Made by a program: the position numbers and the translations under genes. A DNA stretch of 63,926 bases, the filler included, from Thraustochytrium aureum (taxonomy: Eukaryota): assembly GCA_012862495.1 (NCBI GenBank). It is 9 parts of 4 records of this genome, joined end to end, with 100 filler letters (N's around TTAATTAATTAA, not from the genome) between each part and the next. Parts side by side here need not be neighbours in the genome. Positions count along the whole stretch, not along the records: positions 19,485 to 37,906 come from BLSG01000001.1; positions 38,007 to 41,281 come from BLSG01000001.1; positions 41,382 to 47,345 come from BLSG01000002.1; 6 more parts are not named here. One strand, 5' to 3'. This document shows, piece after piece, positions 36,670 to 47,076 of this stretch. The notes under the pieces are model-generated. The model saw nothing but the letters and a program-made list of their open reading frames with translations, had not been told where the DNA came from and ran no database searches. Position 1 is the stretch's first letter. Each line of letters begins with the position of its first letter.

Positions 36670-37084
36670 TTAGGTGAGCTCGTCCAGCTGGTCCTTGAGC
36701 TCCTGGTTTTTCTTGGACAGCTCGGTGATGATTTTTTCAGCTCCATGTTTTCGTCCTTGAGCTCTTGGTTTTCCTCCTGGATCGCCTGGACGTCCACCCC
36801 GGACGGCGCTCCGAAATACCGCTTGATGTACTCGATGGGCTTGGGCGGCCGCTCGGGCTCTTCGTACAGGCCAACCAGCACTTTGGTCACGGCCGCGACG
36901 ACGCCCGCCCTGTCGAGGTACCGCCTGTACTCCTCCTTTTTGGCCTCTGGCGTCTGCGCGCCGCGGGGAGAGGCATTGCCGCGCGTCAGCGGCAGTCCTC
37001 GGCAAGCAACCAGCCACACCTCGCCAAACTCACCATGTACGTCCCAGTGGCGGCCCCGCCGCCGCCTTGCTGCTGCGTGTTCAT
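36670..37084 (-). CDS. MYCBP: c-Myc-binding protein (MYCBP/AMY-1, FAP174-like); two exons, intron 36954-37033
   Basis: The spliced product reads MNTQQQGGGGAATGTYM|TPEAKKEEYRRYLDRAGV...LVGLYEEPERP...ENQEL. The intron is GTGAGT...GCTGAC...CAG. One A is missing in the homopolymer near 36735. Confidence 0.88.
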
Positions 37085-37755
37085 GGCCTCCTCGCCTCGT
37101 CGCCTCGGTGCACCGCAGGCAACCAACCCCTAAACGCCTCGCAGCAGCAGTGCACTTGGCGCAGCGCAGCGCCCAGGGCGGTTTCGATGTCGTCCGCCGC
37201 GAGTTGGCCGGGGGTCCAGCAGCAAAGCACGCGCAAGCCCGCACAAGGATCCAATCCGCAGCAGGCCAGACAACCACAACAATCAAGCGCAGCAGGCCTG
37301 CGCCGCAGCGTCCTGCGATGCCTCGATCGATCGCCTCGCGATCGGAGCCTGCGGCCGCTGTGCGTCCATGCGGCCCCGAGCAACAAACCCCACCGACAAG
37401 ACCGTTACGGCGCAGCTCACGTCACAGTGGCACCCCCGTCACGAGAACTGCCCTGCGCGCGTCACGCGCGTCGCGACGCGACGCCCAGCCGCGGTACACG
37501 GGCCGCGTTCCACGAAACGAAGGGACTGTATAAGTGACCCTCACGAAACAAGGGGCTCCAAGTGACGCGGCGTGGCGGGCCACACCGGGGCAGGGTGCTC
37601 GTGTGGTTAGGGTTGCCAGCACTGCACAGAGGGAGAATGCCTTTCAGAGAGTGAGAGAGACGCAAAGAAACAAAACAACAAAAGCCAAAGAGAGGCAGAG
37701 GCACAGGAAAAAAAACACAGAAAAAAAAGACCCCCCTTCTCGAGCCTCAATCTCC

Positions 37756-37844
37756 ATTCAATCCCATTCAATCGCATTCAATCGCATTCAATCACGTTCA
37801 ATCGCATTCAATCGAATTCAATCGCATTCAATCACATTCAATCG
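37756..37844 (+). repeat. 10-bp minisatellite, consensus ATCGCATTCA, about 8-9 degenerate copies
   Basis: Directly visible tandem array near the scaffold end. Confidence 0.9.
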
Positions 37845-38005
37845 GTTTCTCAGTGAGATGGGGCCGGCCGACAGACCAACAAATCAGAAAAGCAAAGAAA
37901 AGCAAANNNNNNNNNNNNNNNNNNNNNNNNNNNNNNNNNNNNNNNNNNNNTTAATTAATTAANNNNNNNNNNNNNNNNNNNNNNNNNNNNNNNNNNNNNN
38001 NNNNN

Positions 38006-38014
38006 NTAGCTGCT

Positions 38015-38073
<59 letters not shown>

Positions 38074-39435
38074 AAGCCCTGGAGCATTGCCATCGTGTCC
38101 GGGCTCTGCAGCAGGAAAGGCGGCAGAGACTGCTGCTGGTGTTGGCTCTGGACATCTTGCCGCGGCGAAAGCATCAGGTCTATGCGCCCACTCGACGAGC
38201 CACTGCCCACAGACTCGGAGTCCGAGAAAAGCTTGCTTCCCGGCAGCTGGTGTTTGCGACAAAAGGTCTGTCCTTGCTGGTTTGTACGCGCCGACTTTTC
38301 GCAGCCGTCGATCGAGCAGCGCACGCCGCCGCCGTGTTGGACGCAAAACTCGGTTTTGCCGCGCGCGGACGTCGTGCAGCCCGAGTGGCAGCACTGCTTG
38401 CCACCGCCGTGCTTGCGGCAGTAGCTTGGCCCAATGGCGGCTTTCTTTGCAGCCTTGGTGAGTGCAGCGCTTTCCGCCTCCGTGGGCGGCGCAGTGGCTC
38501 GAGCCGCCCCGTGCAGCTCGCGCGCAGTCTGGCTCCGAGCAGCGCGTGCCGCCACCGTGGTTCTTGCACCATTCGGTCGTGCCCTGCGCAAGTTTGTCGC
38601 AAGACTCTTGCGAGCAGCAGCGCGCAAATCGCTTGCCGTCCCATTTTTTCCGCTTGCCTTTGACCAAGTAGAGCTGGCCCTTCACGCGCTTGCTTGCTGG
38701 TGGGGCCTGCTTGACCACTTCGAGCGACCCGCCCTGGGCCGAAGAGTAGTCGCTCCCGGTGTCGCTGGTGTCCGTAAGACGGCGCTTGCCCAGAATAGAG
38801 GCGCCTTGGAGGTGGCGGTGGAGTTCTTGATGCTGCTGAGCGCCGACGAGCGGGAGGGCGAGTCCTCCGGCGCCAAAGGGTGCAGAAACCCCCACGCTGG
38901 GCATGCCCGAGCGCAAGAACCCACTCGCCGAGCCGACCGTCGACAGGGGTAGACCTGCAACCGTCATAGGTCCTCCAGAAGGGATCGCGAGGGCAGATGG
39001 CCCGACTAGTGGGGAGTGATGCTGGTGTTGTTGTCGTTGCTGGTGCTGCTGGTGCTGAAGTTGCTGCTGGTGCTGCTGAAGTTGCTGCTGTTGCTGCTGA
39101 AGTTGCTGCTGTTGCTGCCTTTGGCGGAGTAGGAAGGCTGCGTTATTCTGCACCGTGACAAAGTCGATTAACTGCTGTTGCTGGCGCTGTTGGACATGTT
39201 CGATCGGAAAGGTCGCCGTCGCCGACCCCAGCCCGTGGTTGCCCGACAGGAGGAGGTTTGTGAGGTTGGCATGCATTTCGCTCTCCCTGCCTGTCTGCGC
39301 TTGGTGTTGCAGCTGCTGCCTCAGCAGCTGTTGCTGCAGTAGCTGTTGCCTCTGCTGTGGGTCGAGCAAGCTGGCAATGTGCGGAAACCCGCTGCTCTTG
39401 TCATCACTAGGGTTCATAACGATCCCTGAAGACAT
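38006..39435 (-). CDS. WRKY19-like C-x4-C-x(9-13)-C-x2-H(GGG) zinc-finger repeat protein with polyQ tracts; 3' truncated
   Basis: Five repeats ending WCKNHGGG, HCAAHGGG, YCRKHGGG, FCVQHGGG and FCRKH, read across a 1-nt insertion near 38446. PolyQ regions lie on both sides. Confidence 0.85.
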
Positions 39436-41847
39436 TAGCGACGCGCACAAGCGAGGACGGCGAGGTCCTGTCCTGCGATATTGCAAAACCTGGTCGTAGC
39501 GAGCGCTCCTCTTGCGGGCACCGGGCGTTTGAGGTTTGCTTGCCAATGGCCAGAAGGAGTGTCTTTGGCGCGTTGCGCGTCAAGTTGGCGCCAGAGTGCG
39601 GCGACAGCAAATTGTCCTTGGGTCCTTGTGCTGCTGCCCTAACTGGCGGGATAGGCACACTGTGTTCCTCCGTGTGATGTGCGCGTCCGCAGGACGGGCT
39701 GGGTGCTGAGGCGGAGCACTAGCGGTTTGTCGTGCCTCGTGCCACGTGCTTGCGCCGGACCCACGTTTGCGCAAAGGTCGTGCAGCGCGCTGGAAGGCAA
39801 GCCACTCGCTTGCGTTCGTTCCTCTTTTGCTCGGCCGGGCGGCGCGAGTCCGCGGTTTTTAATAAATCGGGACGCGCGGCGCGGTCAGGGATCCGTGAGC
39901 ACCCAGTCGGCTTCCCGGGCGGCTTGCTCGGTTGCCAGGAAGGCGGCGCTTGCGGGGCGTTTCGAAGCGTCTCAGTCGGAGCAAGCGAGCGCGACGAGCG
40001 TGCGGGCTCACGTGAACGCGAGCGCGCAAGCGTGCTAGCACACGACAATCGCTCAACGGTGTCTGTCCCTCAGCCGCAGTCGCTGCCCTTGACCCGGCAA
40101 AGCCGCTTGCGGCTGTTGCTCTGCAATCATTCACCGTCGCTCCAGTTTCCCTGTTGCCGTCTCACTGAGTACTGCAACGCGCAGCGGGAGGAGGGTGGAG
40201 CGCGCCGAAGGAGGCAAGAGCGCGCGGGCCGCGTGTGTATCAGCGGAGCGCCTCAAGGGTCTCCCCATCGCCAGGGAAAAGGAAGGGGGCCAACGACCGA
40301 AACACCAGCTAACGGTTGCGTTATCGCGTTATCAGACTGACTGGAGTTCAGGCGTTGCAGAGCATCGGGCGGCAGTCCTTTCCGCGCGCGCGTGGACAGA
40401 GAGACGCAGGTGCGCTGGCCCTGTGGCAAGGCGGACGTAAACGCAGCAGACTCGCCCGCGCGAGGCGGGGCTTTCGCTCGCGAGGGAGAGCGGGGCGGGC
40501 TGGTGCCGGTGCTGGTGCTGGTGGTGGTCGTAGTTTTTGTCCTCCTCGCCTCCAGGGCGTTCGCGACCCGCTTTCAATGCGCAGGGTTTTTTTTTCCTGC
40601 GACCCGTTCGAACGCCGGCTGCCATACTCTTCTACTTGTGGAGGACGCCGCTTTTGGCTGCCGCCATCAAGGAGAAGGAGGAAGGATGGAGGCAACGAAC
40701 GGAGGGACGGGCCGCAGTTCTCGGAGGACGAGAAAAACTGCCCGTAGTACTCGAAACGAAAACCACCGACTTGCTCGCCTCTTGCTGGTCGACGGGTAGA
40801 GAATTGAGACGTATGATGGCGTTTGTCGCCTCACACAAGCATATGCTGTCCTGACAACGAGTACACGAACGGCGGCTGTCAGCCTTCCTCACGCTTGCTC
40901 GCCCTCGCCGGGTTGTCTGCGCGCCGGCTAACTTGAATGTTGGCTCTCAAGGATATACAGCCAGGAAGGTTGGAGGAAAGAGAGGAGGAAAGGCTCGGCC
41001 CTCATGGCCTGCTCAGGGCGATTGACCACCATGGTGCACGGCCGAGAGACAGGCGGCACCTGTACGCCCCGGCACGCACTGAACAAGAGCAAGCGCGCGC
41101 CGCAAGGGCTTCCAATGATGAGGGCGTGCAGGTAGGCCGAGTGAAGGTAGGTAGCAAGCGCCAAGGAGGAGGATGGTAGCACGGAGCCAGCAGGTACTTG
41201 GCCAAGTACCCCTCTTTCCTGCAGGTCGCCCCGAACCAAACCTGCGTGCGCAAGCACCAAGGAGGGGCAGGAACTCGCTCTNNNNNNNNNNNNNNNNNNN
41301 NNNNNNNNNNNNNNNNNNNNNNNNNTTAATTAATTAANNNNNNNNNNNNNNNNNNNNNNNNNNNNNNNNNNNNNNNNNNNNGGCCGCATGCCCTAAGTGT
41401 GGCATAAGGAGTCCGATGTGAAGTTGGCCTGTGTCCCCTCTTTCTTGTTGGTGGATTTCAACAGTTCCAGAAATGGAGCACAGGGCCTTATGATCAAGGT
41501 GAGAAGTTTAAAGACTACGTGCAGCTTGGGGTCTGCCCTCGTTTCACCCTCGAACAATACCGGTGAGCGGAACGATTTCAGTGATTGGCGGTCAGCACGA
41601 GTAGGAACTGAAGCAGGCGACGCGTGCGACTTGCTGGAGCTTGGTCGGGCGACGCCCCCGTGGCTTGCTGTGCTCCAGGACAAACGTACTCTACAGAGCG
41701 GAGCACTTGGACCAGGCGCGAGGGAGACCTTGTCCGCTCCGTCTGTCGTCGTCTGACGTTCTGGCGTCTTGGCCAGGTTCTGGTCAAAGGCCACGATCAA
41801 GAGCTCAAGCTTGCGTTTGGCTGCTTCTTCGTGCTGCAATAGCCGCA

Positions 41848-44556
41848 ATGGAGAGGGAGCAAAAGCAGATTCGAGTGATTCTGCCCACTGGCGAGAAATG
41901 CATCAGTGACTTCACTGAAATGTACGATGAGTTCAAGTTTGAGACCGAGCGCCGCGCAAAGTTCCTTGGTCGGATTGTCAGTTTCCTTGCGCAGGCTCTC
42001 AAAGCAGACATGGGTCTGAAGTCTAAGCTCGCCCAGATGACCGAAGACATGACGGCTGGATTCAGCTACGAAACCCTCAAGCAGTCCGTCAATCGAACAC
42101 GCAAGAGGTCTGGCAAGAAGAGATCACTCGTCGAAGAGGTGTCCGACTCCCGGCAGGTTTCATCGGCGGGATCCAGCGGCACAGTCGATACACGTGTAAA
42201 CACGGAAACCGGAGCTGTGCAATGCCCTCAGGTTGTTCACCAGGGCTTTGACATTACACCAGAACGTGTTTCGCGAGAACGTGTGGCAGATGCTCAAGAC
42301 ACAGGGAAACGTTCCCCTAACAGAACGCCGACGTCTCTGATCGCTGAAGAAGGATCACCCTGGGGGGGCAAGCAGCAAAGTTCGGCTGAGCCTAAGCGGC
42401 AGCTCTTCCCCCTTTCGGAGCCCCTTTCGGAGTCCCCGCTGGAGCCTGACGGTGACCCGGTTGGAGTGAGCAACACCGAATGCCAGACTCCTCACGAGAT
42501 TGGTCGCCGCAAGCGTGGACCAGAGGAGCTCGTTTCGGCGGACACGACTACGCCAATGAAGAAACGCAGAAAACGAAATCAGTGTCGTCGTCCTCGCCCT
42601 AAGTACGTGGTAGGTGTGAGCGAAGATCCAGCTCTGGATCTTGGCGCGCAATTCACAAAACGGCAACCACTGACGTGGCAAGTCCGACACGATGTCGGAG
42701 ACAAAGTCGCCCGCCTCGCGCTGATCGACATAGACCATCTTGCTCGAGAGCTGCGGCACCTGATCGTGTGTCCGATATGCATGTGCCGATCTAGGAGCAA
42801 TATTCATGCGCGTTACGCGTCTCGCCGCCTTTGTGCAACCCTCAGTTTCGAATGCGTCAAATGTGATTGGAAGGTGAGGACGCACTCCAGCCCCGAGATT
42901 ATCAGCGATCGTGGTACGGGCGTTGAGACAAGTCAGGGGGCAATGTCTTCTGACCTGCCGTCGTGGACTCCCAATGGCGCGTACGAAAGCAGACTGTCCT
43001 CAGTCGAAATGCTGATTTGTGTCGCGGCTCAGGTCCACAACCTTCGATACTCTCAGCTCTCTGGCATGTTTAGTTTTCCGGGCGTCGAAGCCCGCACGCC
43101 GCGGGAACGCATGTACCGCCACGTCGGTGCGCTCGTGTATGATCCTGTGGCTATAAACGATCTGTGGAGCCAGCACTGCGGCGCAATACAAGGCTTGTGC
43201 AGCGACGTGCACGAGGTTGGCTTGGGCTTCGACGCGAGCTTCAACGTTCGACGGGCTGCAACGTACTGTTTCGTTCTCGCAGTGGGGACGAACACGCACC
43301 TTGTGGTCGAGTGCGAAATCTTAGACAAGCGCAGCCAGAGCAAGAAGAGCAGCGAGCTGGAGGCTGACGCTACGGCTGAAGTCATTAAACGACTAGAGCC
43401 CCCGCTCAAGTCTGTCTCGTCTATTGAGTTTCTCGTTAGTGACGAGCACCCACAGGCCACTATGATGCTCGAAGCCCTAGCCAAAGCTCTGACTCTCGAG
43501 CGTACGCGGCTCGGAAAGGTGGTCTCTATCAATGCTGGGGACGTCGGGGGCGTTTCCACAGTGGCCAGCTACGTTGTTCGGGCTTCAGACAGAGATGACA
43601 CTGTGGAGATTGATCCATCCAGGATCTGTCGCGTCGACGACAGCGGAGAGGAGATCGTGGTGGGGTCGACGGTTCGCTTTCTGTCGTCGGAGAGTAAAAC
43701 GATAAAGCATATGCACGACATCTGGCACCGCGCAAAAAATTTGAAGAAGCGGTTGCGGCAGCACCTGGTAGGAAAGCTGAAAAAGAAAGAGGCGGCAGAA
43801 ATTCAAATCACAGAAGCCGTCGCGTATGTCACAGCGATGTTTTGGTCCCTCGCGGAGGATGCTGAGGGCGACGGAGACACGCTCTACACGCGGATGCAGG
43901 ATGTCGTCGAGGGCATGGGGGCAACGGCCAACTACAGAGGCGTCGACGACAGTCACAACCCGACCTACCTGTTTGCAAACGCCCAAGATGATGGGAGTCC
44001 TGATGCTGACTGCACTGCAGGCATGACGCCCTCTGAGCAGTTCGATCAACAATTCTCGAGTGCGTTTCATCCAGACCTTGTGCGAGCCACAAAGGAGTTT
44101 CTATTCGGGAGGAGCGGCGAGGACGGCGGCCGTGCCTTCTTCAGCAAGGACAGGATTGCCAAAACAAGCCGCGTCGACGCAGCGACAAGCCCGAACGAGT
44201 CGCGTAATGCGTTCCACCACCAGATCCTGCCTAAGCAGACCTTCTATCCACGATATCGTGAACGGGTTCTCCTCCTCCACATGCTCAAGAACGCATCTAC
44301 AATCGCAAACTGGGGTATCTTTGATCGTGACTGGTCTATCCGAGCGCAGGAGCCTTTCGAGGCAGAGCTACAGAAAAAATGGCCCGATGAAGGCAGCCGG
44401 CAGCGAATAAGGACGTTACGCGACCGGTTGAAAGAAAAAGCAATGCAGAACGGAGACAAGCTACCTGCAAAGCGAATCGCTGTATACAGGAAGCTGTTGA
44501 GCGTCGACGCGCTTCAAAGGTCCCTTGTGGAGCGCCTCGGACTTGCCAAGTCGTGA
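41848..44556 (+). CDS. DDE transposase, Kolobok/Mutator-related (902 aa)
   Basis: Zn ribbon CPIC...LSFECVKC; D1 in GLGFDASF (43231); SSELE; D2 in FLVSDEH (43441); HMHDIWHRAK (43708-43737); E in TSPNESRN (44197), followed by LPKQTFY. Confidence 0.82.
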   Translation: MEREQKQIRVILPTGEKCISDFTEMYDEFKFETERRAKFLGRIVSFLAQALKADMGLKSKLAQMTEDMTAGFSYETLKQSVNRTRKRSGKKRSLVEEVSDSRQVSSAGSSGTVDTRVNTETGAVQCPQVVHQGFDITPERVSRERVADAQDTGKRSPNRTPTSLIAEEGSPWGGKQQSSAEPKRQLFPLSEPLSESPLEPDGDPVGVSNTECQTPHEIGRRKRGPEELVSADTTTPMKKRRKRNQCRRPRPKYVVGVSEDPALDLGAQFTKRQPLTWQVRHDVGDKVARLALIDIDHLARELRHLIVCPICMCRSRSNIHARYASRRLCATLSFECVKCDWKVRTHSSPEIISDRGTGVETSQGAMSSDLPSWTPNGAYESRLSSVEMLICVAAQVHNLRYSQLSGMFSFPGVEARTPRERMYRHVGALVYDPVAINDLWSQHCGAIQGLCSDVHEVGLGFDASFNVRRAATYCFVLAVGTNTHLVVECEILDKRSQSKKSSELEADATAEVIKRLEPPLKSVSSIEFLVSDEHPQATMMLEALAKALTLERTRLGKVVSINAGDVGGVSTVASYVVRASDRDDTVEIDPSRICRVDDSGEEIVVGSTVRFLSSESKTIKHMHDIWHRAKNLKKRLRQHLVGKLKKKEAAEIQITEAVAYVTAMFWSLAEDAEGDGDTLYTRMQDVVEGMGATANYRGVDDSHNPTYLFANAQDDGSPDADCTAGMTPSEQFDQQFSSAFHPDLVRATKEFLFGRSGEDGGRAFFSKDRIAKTSRVDAATSPNESRNAFHHQILPKQTFYPRYRERVLLLHMLKNASTIANWGIFDRDWSIRAQEPFEAELQKKWPDEGSRQRIRTLRDRLKEKAMQNGDKLPAKRIAVYRKLLSVDALQRSLVERLGLAKS

Positions 44557-44646
44557 GTATGCGCGGTTTCGAGACTTGACAAACAGTTGGAACCATGTTT
44601 TACAATGTGCAGTTTTTACGTTTTCATGTTCACACATTCTCTCAGT

Positions 44647-47076
44647 CTAGAATTCAATATCCTCACCCTCCCCGCCTTCGCTGTACTCGGCCTCGCTGCC
44701 ATAGCCGCCCATATCTGTTTCCATGTCGACCATATCATTGTCATCACGCACACTCGCAGCGTAGCGGGCATATGCCCCGTATCCAACCGCCGCGCCTTGC
44801 CCAGTACTGGCTTGGTCCGTTGGAGGTTTACTTGATCTCGATCGTGCAGACTCTACGAGCGCCTCCTCCACTTCGGATGCGCTGATGAAGCCCGTGATGG
44901 GCTCCCCTGGGTAGAAAAGCAGGGCGCAGACCATTTTGCACAGCCCAATCCTTTGACGCCCCCTGAAGTGCATCTTGTGCGCGACTTTACGATAGAACAA
45001 AAAGCGCTGCGATGCCCATATCGAATGGAATGCTGCATTCCCTTCGTGTGGGATATCATCCCTCGCCGCAGTTTGGCGATGTTCGTCTTCGTCTGCGGAG
45101 TCGATGTTTTCGCCAGACGACACACTCTCATTGTCCGCACAGACAGCGCTCAAAGACGAGACAGCTGTGTGGCTTGCTGAGCGATGCTTGCGCTTCGCGT
45201 TTTTTTCAGGAATGTTGACCAGCGCAGTGTTCTTTCGCAGATTGAAGACAAATGGGCAGATCGCCTGCCTGCAACCAGGGCACACAAAGTTGGCAGCTGC
45301 GCGGCTCCTTGCCAGCTCCATGCTCGCCTTGGAGTTGCCCCTAAGCGGCCGTAGGCCACACATGTTGAAGTACCCTACGATGGAGCTGACGTCTGCGCCT
45401 TGGCCCCAAGCTAAAGAGTCCACGATCGCCAGATGCGCTATCCATATGGCATGCTCTTCGTGGTCATCGCTGATGTACTTGTTGAGGTACTTGCTATCGC
45501 GCACCTCGTCCTGCGTAAACACCTTTTTGGAAAGCCTTCGACAGTCCTCGAGAGAGACGACACTCTTGCCTTCGCGAGGCCCCGAGGCGTACAAGACCCA
45601 CACTTCGATATTGAGGCGTTCTTTAAGAAAGCGGGCGATCACCGAGATGGACCTCAAGCAAGCGAGGCCGCCATAGTAGAAGGCGCCGTGCATCATAGCG
45701 CCAAACGGCCTACAGAGCGCGAGAAGCTCGTCGCACCAACCCTCGTGATGTAACCCTCCCTCCGACAACGCAAACTTCACAAGGCTTGTCAGACCCTCTG
45801 CGACAGTCCCACCTTTGACGACGGCCCTCGTGGCTCTCAACGACTCGATTTGGCCTGCGTCAGACCAAACTCGCTTGAATAGAGCGAAGCGAAGGAGCGT
45901 CGCTGGAAGACGCTTCCCAAACTGGATGCGGCTCAAGACGCTTCCGCTGAGCGACGTGGTCACGCCGAACGCTACGCAGAGTGCCGCAACGACGGCGTCA
46001 GGAAGGCTGCTCTCTGGGTTCAGATCCCGCACAAGCCTGCCTTCGCTCATTATAACAAAGACCATCTTGCCGAGCTTGCCGACCTTGGTGTTTGGCTGCG
46101 AATATATTGTGATGAAGAGTCTTGTCATGAGCGCATCGATATCTGGGCCAGACATGATCTTGAGGGCAAGGCCAACAGCAACAGCACGACGCGTTTCGTC
46201 GCTGCCAAGCTGGTGGAACGCATATCTTAGTTTGGCCATTGTCGTGAGAACGCTGCGCCGGATGTCTACGCTCAGCGGGTCCTCGCCAGCTGCCACCATC
46301 GTAACGGACAAGTTTTCCACACTGAAGATGATGGCCACGATGGTGAGAATAGCGCAGACCACCTCTTCATTTTCGATGGCAACTCCGAACTTCTCATTGA
46401 CCATGCTTCTCGCGACAGCGAATGCGTTGAGTGAGAGGTTCACAGACCCAGCATTGCGCAAACTCGAAGCGAGGAGTGAAACGTAGTCGTCTGCACTCTG
46501 AATATGCACAGCACGACCAGCCATACCTGAGACCCAGTCCTTGAGCATCTGTGTTTCACTTTCGTTCCAGACGCAGCTGACCTGGCTCCCAAAGTCGAAG
46601 AGGGGAGCATGGCGTTCGGTCGCACCCTCCTGCGTTGCTCCGTCGTTCACAGAGACGTGCCCTGTAGCTGCAGCCGAGGGGGGGCGAGACGCGACGGAAG
46701 GCCGCTGTGACCTCGCACTTCGGTCGCACTGTTGTTCAGAAGCGCCGCCCGGCCTCGTGCCATTGGCTGTGGAACTTGCCGCGGCTGTTCGAAAGAGGTC
46801 GGCAAATGCGCCAACAGAGTTGCCAAGCACCGCGCGAATGGTCCGCACCACGGCGTCAGACCCGGATGCCTCTACGTCTGGGAAACAGGTTTGGTACCTG
46901 CGAAGAAGCTGCGCGAGAAGCTCTCCTGGAATGGGAACGGGCGTGGGATTGGATTGGTCGTCCACGAAGTCGGAGACCTTTGGCACTTCGCCCTCTTCTT
47001 CTCGGGCATGGGCCTGCATTTCGATCCTCCGCTCGTCTCCTGCGCGCTCAGCCACTGTGTTGGTCTGCACGTGCAT
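44647..47076 (-). CDS. KolX-like accessory protein (about 809 aa) with C-terminal P2X7-ballast-like motif
   Basis: Uninterrupted ORF with first ATG at 47076, a CPGC...C cluster, the motif RFLFYRK...RQRIGLC...YPGEPITGF and an acidic tail. Confidence 0.65.
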   Translation of the reverse strand: MHVQTNTVAERAGDERRIEMQAHAREEEGEVPKVSDFVDDQSNPTPVPIPGELLAQLLRRYQTCFPDVEASGSDAVVRTIRAVLGNSVGAFADLFRTAAASSTANGTRPGGASEQQCDRSARSQRPSVASRPPSAAATGHVSVNDGATQEGATERHAPLFDFGSQVSCVWNESETQMLKDWVSGMAGRAVHIQSADDYVSLLASSLRNAGSVNLSLNAFAVARSMVNEKFGVAIENEEVVCAILTIVAIIFSVENLSVTMVAAGEDPLSVDIRRSVLTTMAKLRYAFHQLGSDETRRAVAVGLALKIMSGPDIDALMTRLFITIYSQPNTKVGKLGKMVFVIMSEGRLVRDLNPESSLPDAVVAALCVAFGVTTSLSGSVLSRIQFGKRLPATLLRFALFKRVWSDAGQIESLRATRAVVKGGTVAEGLTSLVKFALSEGGLHHEGWCDELLALCRPFGAMMHGAFYYGGLACLRSISVIARFLKERLNIEVWVLYASGPREGKSVVSLEDCRRLSKKVFTQDEVRDSKYLNKYISDDHEEHAIWIAHLAIVDSLAWGQGADVSSIVGYFNMCGLRPLRGNSKASMELARSRAAANFVCPGCRQAICPFVFNLRKNTALVNIPEKNAKRKHRSASHTAVSSLSAVCADNESVSSGENIDSADEDEHRQTAARDDIPHEGNAAFHSIWASQRFLFYRKVAHKMHFRGRQRIGLCKMVCALLFYPGEPITGFISASEVEEALVESARSRSSKPPTDQASTGQGAAVGYGAYARYAASVRDDNDMVDMETDMGGYGSEAEYSEGGEGEDIEF

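Noticed and set aside
37756..37844. CRISPR-like or telomeric array
   Set aside because: The 10-bp units have no unique spacers, no cas genes are present, the context is eukaryotic, and there is no G-rich telomere-type strand.
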